Origin: a virus
Lineage: Duplodnaviria > Heunggongvirae > Uroviricota > Caudoviricetes
Strand: one strand, 5' to 3'
Virus record (IMG/VR): IMGVR_UViG_2574179769_000003
Coordinates: 77,748 to 129,706 of that record
DNA: 51,959 bases
Below are positions 10,794-20,452 of this stretch, one piece after another; the first letter of the stretch is position 1, and every line of letters starts with the position of its first letter. Made by a program: the position numbers and the translations under genes. Below the pieces are notes generated by a model. It was not told where the DNA came from and made no database searches. It saw nothing but the letters and a program-made list of their open reading frames with translations.

Positions 10794-12200
10794 ATGAATA
10801 ATAATGAAAATATGTTACTTGACGTAGAATTTGAAGTAGATAAGAGTTTTGATTCGAAAAAGTTTTTAAAATTAAAATTAAGGATAATGCATGACGGAAA
10901 AGCAGCTCATAAAATAAGTTTCTTACCAGACTCGTTAAAAGAAGCTGAAAACACCTTATATAACTCCCCTATTTTAGCTAATGTTATTTTTGACGATAAG
11001 AATCAACCTCAGTTTTCTTCTCATGATAAACATATCGAAAAGGATTATGCGGGAAATGTAAGAATAATCTACGACGAAATTCCAATTGGAGTAATTACTG
11101 AAAGTAGTACTTATGAAATAAAAAAGGAATCTGGTCGAAATTATGTTTATGCTGAAGCATATATTTGGAAAAGGTATTCAAATTATGCTTTGGATATTAT
11201 AAATAGAGATAAAAATATTAAACTGTCTGCTGAGATTCAGATATTGGATTTTTACATTGATAAAAAAACTAATTATAAAGTTGTAAAAAAATTTAAATAC
11301 GATGGTATTACACTATTGGGAAATCACAGAAATCCAGGAATGAAAAACGCTCAAGCTACTATAGAATTTGACAATTCTAAAATTGACAAAAAAGAATATA
11401 TGATTGCTATTATGAATGAATTAAAACAATGTCTTCATGATTTTGATAATAAAAATAGCAAAGAAGGAGGAGACAAAATCTTGCAAGTAGAAAAAAATAA
11501 AACGGATGAAAATCAGGAAAATAAAATTACTGATACTATTACTGTTAAAGACAGTATAGAATTCGAACTAACAGCAAACGAAGTTCGTAAAGCCATATGT
11601 GATGCGGTAAGAGGTTTAAGTGTAAATTCTACTAGTTATATTTGGCTAAATGATTATGATAGTAAATATTTGTACTTAAACAAAGAACAAAAAATTAATG
11701 GTGTTTATACAACAAACCATTTAAGACGCAGTTATACTTTGAATGATGGTAAAGTTACTATTGGTGATGATGAAATAGAAACAGTTAATAAGATTTTAAC
11801 TATTGATGAATGGAACACATTGGAAACCGAGCGTAAAAAACAAGATATTGAATTTGATGAATTAAAAGCATTTAAAGTAAACACTGTTAAAGCTCAACGT
11901 AAAGCTCAGTTGGATGTATTGTTTGATAAATTTGATAGTTCACTAAAAGACGTTAAAGAGTATGTTGAGTTAAAAAAAAATAATGTGGATTTTGATTTGA
12001 AAACAATTGAAGAAAAATGTTTTGCGTTATTTGGTAGAACTAAATTAGAATCAAGTGTAAATTTTGATGAAAGCAATAATGGTAAAAACAGCGATGGTAA
12101 CAAAATTGAAGTAGTTGTCACTGGTGCTGATGCCGAATTTGAAGATGATTCTCAAAATGATTACTTGGGCGGATATTTGAATAAATATTACAATAAATAA
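10794..12200 (+). CDS. Prohead protease / scaffold fusion
   Basis: N-terminal protease-like region (IMHDG, FSSHD, EIPIGVI, LSAEI, FDGITLLG-like) and a charged coiled-coil C-terminus; lies between portal and capsid genes. Confidence 0.7.
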   Translation: MNNNENMLLDVEFEVDKSFDSKKFLKLKLRIMHDGKAAHKISFLPDSLKEAENTLYNSPILANVIFDDKNQPQFSSHDKHIEKDYAGNVRIIYDEIPIGVITESSTYEIKKESGRNYVYAEAYIWKRYSNYALDIINRDKNIKLSAEIQILDFYIDKKTNYKVVKKFKYDGITLLGNHRNPGMKNAQATIEFDNSKIDKKEYMIAIMNELKQCLHDFDNKNSKEGGDKILQVEKNKTDENQENKITDTITVKDSIEFELTANEVRKAICDAVRGLSVNSTSYIWLNDYDSKYLYLNKEQKINGVYTTNHLRRSYTLNDGKVTIGDDEIETVNKILTIDEWNTLETERKKQDIEFDELKAFKVNTVKAQRKAQLDVLFDKFDSSLKDVKEYVELKKNNVDFDLKTIEEKCFALFGRTKLESSVNFDESNNGKNSDGNKIEVVVTGADAEFEDDSQNDYLGGYLNKYYNK

Positions 12201-12226
12201 CAATTAAATAAAACAATAATTTTAAT

Positions 12227-12254
12227 GAGCCATGCATACGTGTGGCTCTTTTTT
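12227..12254 (+). terminator. Intrinsic terminator-like hairpin
   Basis: GAGCCAT/GTGGCTC stem followed by a T6 tract. Confidence 0.65.
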
Positions 12255-12282
12255 GATTTTAAAAAAAACAGGAGGAAAAATA

Positions 12283-12765
12283 ATGGCTGAAAAATATGCT
12301 GTTGTAGATAGACAGTTAGTAGCTGCCGAATGGGATGGCTCTAAAAGAATTGCAATTGAAATTGACGAAAATATGCAAAACGGATCTGTCGTATTAATTG
12401 ATAATCGTGTTGAAGGTGAAATGAACTTATTTACTGTAAAAACACCTGCTGCTAATACACCTATTGAAAAGATTGGTTTTGTAGCATCACCAGAAGTATG
12501 GGCAGATGAAAGAAAGCGTAACATGAGTGACTTTATTAATATTAAAGGCACAATTGGAAATGCAGATATTTTAGAAAAAGGAAATGTCGTTGCAATGACT
12601 AAAGAAGGATTTGACGGAGAACCTGTTGTAGGAAAATTCGTTGAATTACAAGCCTCAAGAAAACTAAAAGTTGTTGACACACCAACAAGTGGTTCAACAG
12701 TTTTTGGAAAGATTATTGATCTATACAACGATAAGTATGGAATTGAATTTGGTAAGGAGGATTAA
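12283..12765 (+). CDS. Putative head decoration/cement protein
   Basis: About 160 aa, GGAGG RBS, directly upstream of the major capsid gene; beta-rich. Confidence 0.6.
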   Translation: MAEKYAVVDRQLVAAEWDGSKRIAIEIDENMQNGSVVLIDNRVEGEMNLFTVKTPAANTPIEKIGFVASPEVWADERKRNMSDFINIKGTIGNADILEKGNVVAMTKEGFDGEPVVGKFVELQASRKLKVVDTPTSGSTVFGKIIDLYNDKYGIEFGKED

Positions 12766-12769
12766 TTAA

Positions 12770-13784
12770 GTGAATAACAGAGATAAAATTGTTGAATTAG
12801 CTACTGGTATGATTACTGGAACTTGCCCAGAAGAATTTTCAGATACACGTACTAACTCAAAAGCATTAAGAGACATGTTTATTGAAGCAAATGGTGGATC
12901 AAACAAACTTTCTTATAAGAATTTTTATAAAGGTAGTGCCTGCTTTGATATTATCCAAGAGATTATCCCTATAATTGTTCATGAAGGATTTACTGGTAAT
13001 GAATTTTGGACTAATTTAGTTGAATATAGAAATATTGCCTTGGGTGATGATTTAGAATTTATTACTGAAGACAAAACCGATTTCATTGTATCGGATTTAT
13101 CATACGGCACAGCTGGAATTAGACGTCAAAGATTGGGTAAAAGTGAGTCATATACTATTCAAACACGTTTAAAAGGTATTAAAATTTATGATGAGTTCAA
13201 ACGTTTCTTAGCAGGACGAGTTGATTTCGATAAGTTTGTTCAAAAAGTTGCAAAAGCAATGTTAGATAGATTGAATGAAGATATTTATAATGCGTTTGTT
13301 GGTGTTACTGCAAGTACGAGAGGTTTGTCTTCTAAATATGTAATTACAGGAACAAACGACGAGGAAGAAGTATTAGAATTAGCTGAACACGTTTCTGCTG
13401 CCAATGATGGGGCAAAAGTTGTTATTTTAGGAACTAAGAAAGCATTGAGAGGTTTGTCTTCTGCTAATCTTTCTGATCAAGCCAAAACAGATTTTATACA
13501 ACTTAGGTTATTATGGTAATTTCTTTGGACACGAATGTGTATTCATGCCTCAAAGACATAAGGCTGGAACTGATGAATTTATGTTCGATGATAAGAAATT
13601 GTATATAATTCCAGTTGGAATGGATAAACCTATTAAAGTGGTAAACATGGGTGTAGGTTACATCTTTGATGAAACTGTAGGAAATCCAACTACCGGAGAT
13701 TTTACTAATAATTATACATATGCTCAAGATTATGGAGTAGGTTTGGCATTTAATGCTAAAATGGGATTCTATACTCAAGCGTAA
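12770..13784 (+). CDS. Major capsid protein (one-base frameshift at ~13492-13495)
   Basis: The ORFs 12770-13519 and 13545-13784 join by removing one T from gattttatacaac (TDLYNLGYYGNFFGHECVFMPQRHK), giving about 337 aa. HK97-like size and position. Confidence 0.8.
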
Positions 13785-13790
13785 TGAAAT

Positions 13791-13819
13791 ATATCAGGGT
13801 TATTCATTAGCCCTGATAT
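13791..13819 (+). terminator. Hairpin after capsid gene (terminator or stabiliser)
   Basis: ATATCAGGG/CCCTGATAT 9-bp stem with a weak T tract. Confidence 0.5.
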
Positions 13820-13847
13820 TATAAAATTGGAATAAAAGGAGATAATA

Positions 13848-14480
13848 ATGACAAAAGAAACAAAAAATGACAATACATCTAAGTCTACAAAAAATAAAGA
13901 AAATAAAAAAACAAGTGAAAAAAAAACCGAAGTAATTCAGGAAAATCAAACTGATGAGTTAAAAGAAAACAATACATCTAAAACGAATAAATCTAAGCCA
14001 AAACTTAAATTGATAGATGATATGGTTTTAAATGTAGAATCAACAACTTTTGGAACTCTAATTTTTGCTAATAGTAAGAATGGTGACAAAGTTAAGTGGA
14101 TGCATGAAGGCGATATTCAACAGATCTCAGTTGAGAGTGTTCGTTTTATGAAATCTAATCAAATTAGATTTTTTGAAAAAAATTGGGTTCGTTTAATCAG
14201 TATTGCTGATGATGGTTATGATAAATATACATCTAAGGATATTTACGAAGCTTTAATGCTTCAAAAATATATTAAGAACAGCGAACTAGATATAGAAGAC
14301 TTGATTTTAAATCATCCAGATAAAATCAATTATTATATTGAAAAAATGGGTAACACTTTTAAAACATCAGTAACCGTTAAATGTAATGATATGATTGACT
14401 CTCAAAAGTTAGACAGTTTTTCACTAATTCGAAAACTTGAAGGAATTTTAAACTGTGAATTAAGAAATTTAGAAAACTAG
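13848..14480 (+). CDS. Hypothetical head-associated protein with K/T/N-rich N-terminus
   Basis: 210-aa ORF with AAGGAG RBS, after the capsid gene. Confidence 0.65.
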   Translation: MTKETKNDNTSKSTKNKENKKTSEKKTEVIQENQTDELKENNTSKTNKSKPKLKLIDDMVLNVESTTFGTLIFANSKNGDKVKWMHEGDIQQISVESVRFMKSNQIRFFEKNWVRLISIADDGYDKYTSKDIYEALMLQKYIKNSELDIEDLILNHPDKINYYIEKMGNTFKTSVTVKCNDMIDSQKLDSFSLIRKLEGILNCELRNLEN

Positions 14481-14488
14481 GTGATTTA

Positions 14489-14932
14489 ATGACTGAGTTT
14501 TCGGAAATATACGAGAGGTTTTTAAAAAGAGTTGAAATATACTCTTTTTTAAATTTAAAAATCGAATTAAGAGAACGAATATTAAGATCATATTTGGATG
14601 ATGCGCTAGCACGATTTGATGGCTATTGCAAAGAAGACTTATATGATATTAATGAAGATAAAAAATGTTTTAATTATAAATTAAATAAAAAAGCCATCTA
14701 TTTAATTGCTGAAAATATGGTTGTAGTATGGTTAAAAAGAGAAAGAGATAGAGAAGAAAATACAAAAAACTGTATGAGTGAAAAGGATTATTCTATTTTT
14801 AGTCCAGCAAATCTACTAAATACTTTAAATAATACATATAAGGACGCAAACAGTGAAGTATATGCTGATATGAATGAGTATTCGTTGTCAGAGTTCGATC
14901 CAATGGATTTGATTAAAGGAGAAAATAGATAA
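14489..14932 (+). CDS. Putative head-tail connector (adaptor)
   Basis: 147-aa helical protein at the start of the neck module; function from position. Confidence 0.5.
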   Translation: MTEFSEIYERFLKRVEIYSFLNLKIELRERILRSYLDDALARFDGYCKEDLYDINEDKKCFNYKLNKKAIYLIAENMVVVWLKRERDREENTKNCMSEKDYSIFSPANLLNTLNNTYKDANSEVYADMNEYSLSEFDPMDLIKGENR

Positions 14933-15231
14933 TGAACAAACTCCAAATAGAACATCTCATCTCAAAAATATATAAAATACTGCCATTAAAAGAGTCAGAT
15001 AATGCTAGTTTGTATGAATATTTAGACAGCCTTGTTATTCAGCTTGAGGGTGCAAGAAAAACATGTACAGACTTTACAACTAATAATTTGTACAGTCGCA
15101 AATATATTGAAATCATTAATACTGTAAATTATTTAAAAGATAATACATTTACTACAAAACAGTGCAAACGTGAAGTGTTTAAATGTATTTCATTATTAAA
15201 TAGCATTATGAACGAACTAAAAGATGATTGA
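14932..15231 (+). CDS. Hypothetical protein
   Basis: 99-aa ORF translationally coupled on both sides. Confidence 0.6.
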   Translation: MNKLQIEHLISKIYKILPLKESDNASLYEYLDSLVIQLEGARKTCTDFTTNNLYSRKYIEIINTVNYLKDNTFTTKQCKREVFKCISLLNSIMNELKDD

Positions 15232-16204
15232 TTGGGATAGTTACGATCAGCATCTTAAAGTTCAGGGTGCAAGCCTTAGAGAAAGCAGATTAAATAGAGC
15301 AAAATATCATATCAATAAATATGGAAAAGATAATCCATCTTACAAAAAAGTTAAAGTTAATGGCAAAAACATGATATTAGCAATCAACAGTGGAACAAAA
15401 CCATATTATAAAAAATTTCATACAATGCCTGATGAAACAATATATCCAGGAGATATTGTTTACTGGAAAGATACAGTTTGGTTAGTAACAAATGCTGATT
15501 TTGATGATGAGCTTTATATAGATGGAAATTTACAGCAGTGCAATTTTAAATTGAGATGGCAAAACAAAAGCAGAGAAATCATTGAACGTGACATAGTAGC
15601 TACTGCATATAATAGCGGTGTCGAAGATAAGGCGCTTATTACTATTGGATATGATCAGTTAATGATTTATATCCCTTTTGACAAAGATACAATTGAGCTT
15701 GAAAGAGATCAAAGATTTTTTATTAGCAACAATCAAAAAAAACCTACTCCTTATAAACTAACAAGTATTAACACTACTTCTAATGTTTACAATGGACATG
15801 GTTATTTACAGTTAATAGTATCAGAAGACGTTTATCATGAAGATGATAATTTAATATTAGGAATTTGTGATTATAAAGCTCCCAACAGTTCTGATACACA
15901 TGAAGATGATTTATATGCAAAAATTGTATATAAATCTTTAAAAATTAAATCTGGTTATGATAAAGGAACAACTTTTAGTGCTGAATTTTATAATCAGGAT
16001 TTAAAACAAAACAATATCTCCCCTACCTGGTCAATTAATTCAACATTTAATGAATTATTAACTATTAAAGAAGATGGGGATAAAATAACAATTTTAATTA
16101 ATGATGATTCTTACATCGGTCAAAGAATTAGTCTAAGTTTAAAAGATAAGGAAGGAAACTATCAAGATGACAACATTATACTTGAAGTTACAGGGTTATT
16201 TTAA
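15224..16204 (+). CDS. Putative head closure/neck protein with C-terminal Ig-like region
   Basis: Beta-rich (IYPGDIVYWKDTVWLV, QCNFKLRW) with an Ig-like C-terminus; neck-module position. Confidence 0.5.
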   Translation: MIDWDSYDQHLKVQGASLRESRLNRAKYHINKYGKDNPSYKKVKVNGKNMILAINSGTKPYYKKFHTMPDETIYPGDIVYWKDTVWLVTNADFDDELYIDGNLQQCNFKLRWQNKSREIIERDIVATAYNSGVEDKALITIGYDQLMIYIPFDKDTIELERDQRFFISNNQKKPTPYKLTSINTTSNVYNGHGYLQLIVSEDVYHEDDNLILGICDYKAPNSSDTHEDDLYAKIVYKSLKIKSGYDKGTTFSAEFYNQDLKQNNISPTWSINSTFNELLTIKEDGDKITILINDDSYIGQRISLSLKDKEGNYQDDNIILEVTGLF

Positions 16205-16722
16205 TGGCAAACAGTAAAATAATTAGTGAATTAAAATCAAAGGTTATTAAAGATGTTATAAACAATGACGAGATAGTTAAAGCAATTGATTGTCCAAGTA
16301 TGGATAAAGAAAACTGGGAACCTATATATTTGATAAATTCTAAAGAGACAGTTGATATGGGATTTACGCCTGTTATATTTAGAGAACATCAAAATCAAAA
16401 TATCATTACCGATGCAATAACTTTTATAACAATGGAAGTTAATATACCTCAAACAGATAAATATGGTATATATGCATATCCAGTTTTGGAAATATGGATA
16501 GTTTCTCACAATAAGCATAATCGTATTGATAATATTTTGGGTGTTAAAGATAACAGGAATGATTATATATCAATCTTATTAGATGAAATGTTTAATGGTA
16601 AAAAAGCGGGATATGGGGATATCACACTAAAATCTAACACTGCTGGTGTATATGATGACAATTTTGTTTATAGACGGTTAGTCTTCGAAGGGATTGACAT
16701 TAACGATTCATTATGCAAGTAA
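16204..16722 (+). CDS. Putative tail terminator/completion protein
   Basis: 172-aa ORF in the neck module, upstream of the tail tube gene. Confidence 0.45.
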   Translation: MANSKIISELKSKVIKDVINNDEIVKAIDCPSMDKENWEPIYLINSKETVDMGFTPVIFREHQNQNIITDAITFITMEVNIPQTDKYGIYAYPVLEIWIVSHNKHNRIDNILGVKDNRNDYISILLDEMFNGKKAGYGDITLKSNTAGVYDDNFVYRRLVFEGIDINDSLCK

Positions 16723-17552
16723 TAACTGAAAACAGTCTTTACAGAGGTAAAGATATCAAACTTAACGATCATATAACAATTTATCACCCTACTGTTGGTG
16801 AAGTGTTTGATAATGAGACAAAGTACATGTCAACTGTGTTTACAATATGTGCAACACCAACAGATTTAGCATGGCAGTTAGAAGAATATTTCAATATTGA
16901 TTTTGTCACCGCTGATGAATATGAAATTTTTGTTAAGTTTATCGCACCTTCTCTTGATAATCAAAAAACAAAAATGTTATTTGGAGATAATATTGATTTT
17001 TCAAAAATGAGATTAGAAAAGCTTGGAGGAACTGATGAAATTGTTTTAAAACAGCATGTTATAAAACAAAAAGAAATTACAGATGTCAATCAGTTGCAAA
17101 AATTCAGGTTAAAAAGAACCTCGCCCTATCCAAAAATTCTTACTGAAGAATATGATATTGTTTTTGACCGATATATTTATACAAGAATTACAGATTTTTT
17201 GAGAAAACTGTTCAACATCAAAAAGAACGGAGATAAGCCTGGTAACAAGGGAGCAAGAAAATATCTCATTGATCAGTCAAAAGAAAAATTTGAAAATTCT
17301 AAAACCAATACTAACGATAAATCATATTTACTTAATCTTATATCAACAATGGTTAATTCTGAAGGATTTAAGCATGATGAAGTAACTGTGTTTGATATGA
17401 AATATTACCCTTTTATGGACAGCGTTAAAAGAATTAACAAAATATTTCATACTAAGGTATTATATCAAAGCGGCTACTCTGGATTTGGAATTGATTTGTC
17501 AAAATTAAAAAATAAAGAAACTGAATTAAACATGATGAGCGACTTAGATTAG
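16713..17552 (+). CDS. Hypothetical tail-module protein
   Basis: 279-aa ORF overlapping the previous gene. Confidence 0.6.
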   Translation: MQVITENSLYRGKDIKLNDHITIYHPTVGEVFDNETKYMSTVFTICATPTDLAWQLEEYFNIDFVTADEYEIFVKFIAPSLDNQKTKMLFGDNIDFSKMRLEKLGGTDEIVLKQHVIKQKEITDVNQLQKFRLKRTSPYPKILTEEYDIVFDRYIYTRITDFLRKLFNIKKNGDKPGNKGARKYLIDQSKEKFENSKTNTNDKSYLLNLISTMVNSEGFKHDEVTVFDMKYYPFMDSVKRINKIFHTKVLYQSGYSGFGIDLSKLKNKETELNMMSDLD

Positions 17553-17562
17553 TCGTTTTTTT
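17540..17562 (+). terminator. Intrinsic terminator-like hairpin
   Basis: CGACT/AGTCG stem plus T7 tract. Confidence 0.5.
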
Positions 17563-17586
17563 ATTTATAAGAAAAAGGAGAAATAA

Positions 17587-18357
17587 ATGAATATTAGTGA
17601 ATTAGTGTTAGAAAAAATTGATTCTCTTGTGTTAAATAACATTGAAGACGATTCGTTAGCTGTTCGTTTAACAAATGTTAAAGATGGAAACTTACAAACT
17701 TCATCAGAGGGACAAAGTGTAACTGATAATATCGGTTCTACAATTATGACACTTTATAATGCAAAAACAGGTGTTTTAACAGGAACAAATGCGTTATTCA
17801 ATGCGGATTTAGGCGCTGCTCAATTTGGAGATGAAAAGACAGTTGCTACCGAAGATGCTTTGATAGCAACACCTACATATGAAATTATTGATGCGGTTGA
17901 TGGAAAATTAAACTTAGATAAAAAACCTGCTAGTGATTCTGTTAAATATGTTTATAAATTAGTAAATAATGGAATTGCTGAAAAATTAACTTTGGGTACA
18001 GGACAAGCAGTTGATAAAACATTTACTGTTAATGAAAAAGAAATTACCTTACCTAGTGGCTCAACAGGTTCTTATTTCGTTGAGTATGAATATGAATCAG
18101 CTACTGCAAACAAATTATCAAATAAGTCCGACAAATTCCCTGGGGTATATAAAGCAAGAGTTTATGTTATAATGCGTGACGCTTGCAATAAGAACAAAAT
18201 TTATACAGGTGTTATTGTTTCTAATAGAGCAGAAATTGATCCATCAACAGTTGAAATTGGATTAAATGCTGAAGCAGGACATGCATTTACAATCAACTTT
18301 AATAAAGAGTATTGTTCTAAAAACACAGATTTATTCTCAATTATTATTGATGAATAG
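17587..18357 (+). CDS. Major tail (tube) protein
   Basis: 256 aa, T/G/N-rich beta protein with strong AAGGAG RBS, flanked by terminators as for an abundant structural gene. Confidence 0.65.
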   Translation: MNISELVLEKIDSLVLNNIEDDSLAVRLTNVKDGNLQTSSEGQSVTDNIGSTIMTLYNAKTGVLTGTNALFNADLGAAQFGDEKTVATEDALIATPTYEIIDAVDGKLNLDKKPASDSVKYVYKLVNNGIAEKLTLGTGQAVDKTFTVNEKEITLPSGSTGSYFVEYEYESATANKLSNKSDKFPGVYKARVYVIMRDACNKNKIYTGVIVSNRAEIDPSTVEIGLNAEAGHAFTINFNKEYCSKNTDLFSIIIDE

Positions 18358-18359
18358 GA

Positions 18360-18388
18360 GTTAGAGAAGAATAATCTTCTCTAACTTT
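18360..18388 (+). terminator. Terminator-like hairpin after tail tube gene
   Basis: GTTAGAGAAG/CTTCTCTAAC perfect 10-bp stem. Confidence 0.65.
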
Positions 18389-18391
18389 ATA

Positions 18392-18706
18392 ATGTCAAAA
18401 CAAATAAATCATTGGTGTATAGTATGTGGGAAAGGTTATCATGCATGTAATTCATGTGATGACGTTAAATCATTTACACCTTGGAAAACACTAACTGATA
18501 CATCAAACCATTATTCAATTAGGCTAATTATTGATGATTATACTAATGGAATTATTAATAAAAAGAAAGCAAAAAATATGCTAAATAAATGTGATTTAAC
18601 AGGTTATAAAGATTTTCTTCCACATGTTAGTAAAATCATATCAGATATTTTAGCTTATGATGATTGTAAAAATAAAAAATTGAGAATAAAAAAAGATAAC
18701 TTATAG
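18392..18706 (+). CDS. Small zinc-binding protein
   Basis: CIVCG...ACNSC double CxxC. Confidence 0.65.
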   Translation: MSKQINHWCIVCGKGYHACNSCDDVKSFTPWKTLTDTSNHYSIRLIIDDYTNGIINKKKAKNMLNKCDLTGYKDFLPHVSKIISDILAYDDCKNKKLRIKKDNL

Positions 18707-18779
18707 TTGTCTTAAATAAACAAGTATCTATATAGGAGAAATTTAAGTTCTCCTGTTTTATTTAAGACAACTATTTTTA
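18703..18779. other. Long stem with internal hairpin (structured RNA or terminator)
   Basis: 18-bp perfect inverted repeat ATAGTTGTCTTAAATAAA (18703-18720) / TTTATTTAAGACAACTAT (18757-18774) enclosing AGGAGAA/TTCTCCT, followed by T5. Confidence 0.6.
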
Positions 18780-18833
18780 GAATATAAGGATAATTTAGAA
18801 AAAAAATAAATTAATTGCTATAGAGGTTAAAAC

Positions 18834-19295
18834 TTGAAGTTAAAATTAATCATTGACAATAACGTATTAGATAAATATAACAAATATTATTTCAAAAAAC
18901 ATCCAAGAGCACGCAAAGTCCCTATTGAAAAGCCTATCCACCCTTCTATTAATGTTTGGATGATTTTAATGCGCCCTGCTATGAATCTACTTAAACAGAA
19001 ATGGAAAGATTTTATTATCTGGTATATTAATGATTTAGGTTATCAGGATTTTAAAATTGGTAATTGTATCATCGAATATACATACTTTATGCCAACTAAA
19101 AGACGTGCAGATAATGACAATATGACACCAAAATTCATCAACGATGGATTAGTAGAATCTGGTTTTTTAGTTGATGATGATTATAAGCATCTAAAAAAAA
19201 TAATTTTGGCGTGTGATTATGATAAAAATAATCCACGAACAGAAATAGTTGTCTATATAAATGGACAAATAAATATTGAAGAAGTTATAGAATAA
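18834..19295 (+). CDS. rusA: RusA-like Holliday junction resolvase
   Basis: RRADNDNMTPKFINDGLVESGFLVDDD matches the RusA DxDN..K...D...DD catalytic pattern. Confidence 0.78.
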   Translation: MKLKLIIDNNVLDKYNKYYFKKHPRARKVPIEKPIHPSINVWMILMRPAMNLLKQKWKDFIIWYINDLGYQDFKIGNCIIEYTYFMPTKRRADNDNMTPKFINDGLVESGFLVDDDYKHLKKIILACDYDKNNPRTEIVVYINGQINIEEVIE

Positions 19296-19308
19296 AAGGA
19301 GAATAGAA

Positions 19309-19926
19309 ATGAAAGAAAATAAAGAGTTTAATAAAATTATTTATGGAGTAAAAAAACAATCATTGTCACTTCAAGAATTTTTAGATTTTAGAAATTGGGT
19401 TTGCAGTAGATTAATTGATTTAGATGAACTAACTATTGCTTATGATCTTCAAGATATCATGATGCAGTTTGCTTTTGCAAAATTTTATTTAGATGTTGAG
19501 CTGCCAAATATTGATGACAATGATAATTTTCTAGAAGATTATGAATTAGTATGTGGTATTAATACTTGTGATTATCGTTGTCTAATTAATGATGTTCAAT
19601 ATAGTACATTACAATTGTCAATTGATAGATATTTAGATCAGACGCAAGCTGAATTTTATGAGTCAAAACGATATGATGCAAATGATTTTATGAGAAATAT
19701 TGAAAAATCTATCACTGGATTCATTGATGGTATGAATAATAATTTCAATAATTTAGATGTTGAAAAGGTATTAAACAGTTTAGATAAATTTCAGGATTTA
19801 ACAAACAATAAGATTAGCTTAGATACGTTTATTGAGCACGCTAAGCAGGTTATGGATAACGATAAATTGTCAAAAGATGAATTAATCGAGTCAATTACAG
19901 TTACCAACAAAAAAGAGATTAATTAA
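19309..19926 (+). CDS. Hypothetical protein (possible tail assembly factor)
   Basis: 205-aa acidic ORF with AAGGAG RBS. Confidence 0.6.
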   Translation: MKENKEFNKIIYGVKKQSLSLQEFLDFRNWVCSRLIDLDELTIAYDLQDIMMQFAFAKFYLDVELPNIDDNDNFLEDYELVCGINTCDYRCLINDVQYSTLQLSIDRYLDQTQAEFYESKRYDANDFMRNIEKSITGFIDGMNNNFNNLDVEKVLNSLDKFQDLTNNKISLDTFIEHAKQVMDNDKLSKDELIESITVTNKKEIN

Positions 19927-19927
19927 T

Positions 19928-20365
19928 ATGATAATTAAAAACATGACTGATTTAAACAAAGCATTAAAACAAATTGCAGAGCAAACACTCCTTGAAGCTC
20001 AAGAAGAAGTTCACAGATGTATTGAAAACTTTGTGAAGCAGTATTATTCAGAATACTCCCCTACTGTTTATCAGAGAACTTATCAGTTTATGGAAAGTAT
20101 AACAAAAACTTCTATTAAGACCAGAGGTTCAACTGTTGTATGTGAAGTATATATAGATACCAATCTTGATTACAAAAGTGCCACTGGACAAGAGGTAATT
20201 GAGATGATCAATAGTGGATATCACGCCATGAAAAAGATGGGTTCAGCTAGAGATATACCAGGTACTAAAGTCTGGGATGACAGTGTTGAATTTATTGAAA
20301 AATATAATATCTTTATTGATACTTTTAAGCAAACCCTAATTAAACAAGGCTTAGATGTCATATAG
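19928..20365 (+). CDS. Hypothetical protein, possibly HK97-gp10-like tail completion
   Basis: 145 aa with a YYSEYSPTVYQRT motif typical of this phage group; function inferred. Confidence 0.45.
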   Translation: MIIKNMTDLNKALKQIAEQTLLEAQEEVHRCIENFVKQYYSEYSPTVYQRTYQFMESITKTSIKTRGSTVVCEVYIDTNLDYKSATGQEVIEMINSGYHAMKKMGSARDIPGTKVWDDSVEFIEKYNIFIDTFKQTLIKQGLDVI

Positions 20366-20406
20366 ATATAACAGTCATATAAAAACAAGATTTCATTTAA
20401 TTTTAC

Positions 20407-20428
20407 AGAGAGGCACCCTCTCTTTTTT
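20407..20428 (+). terminator. Intrinsic terminator
   Basis: AGAGAGG-CAC-CCTCTCT plus T tract. Confidence 0.65.
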
Positions 20429-20452
20429 ACTATTTTATAAAGGAGTGATGAA

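Noticed and set aside
13480-13545. Programmed +1 frameshift in the capsid gene
   Set aside because: The unshifted product would lack the last ~90 residues of the capsid fold, and the extra T sits in a homopolymer like the seven other indels. Assembly error is more likely.
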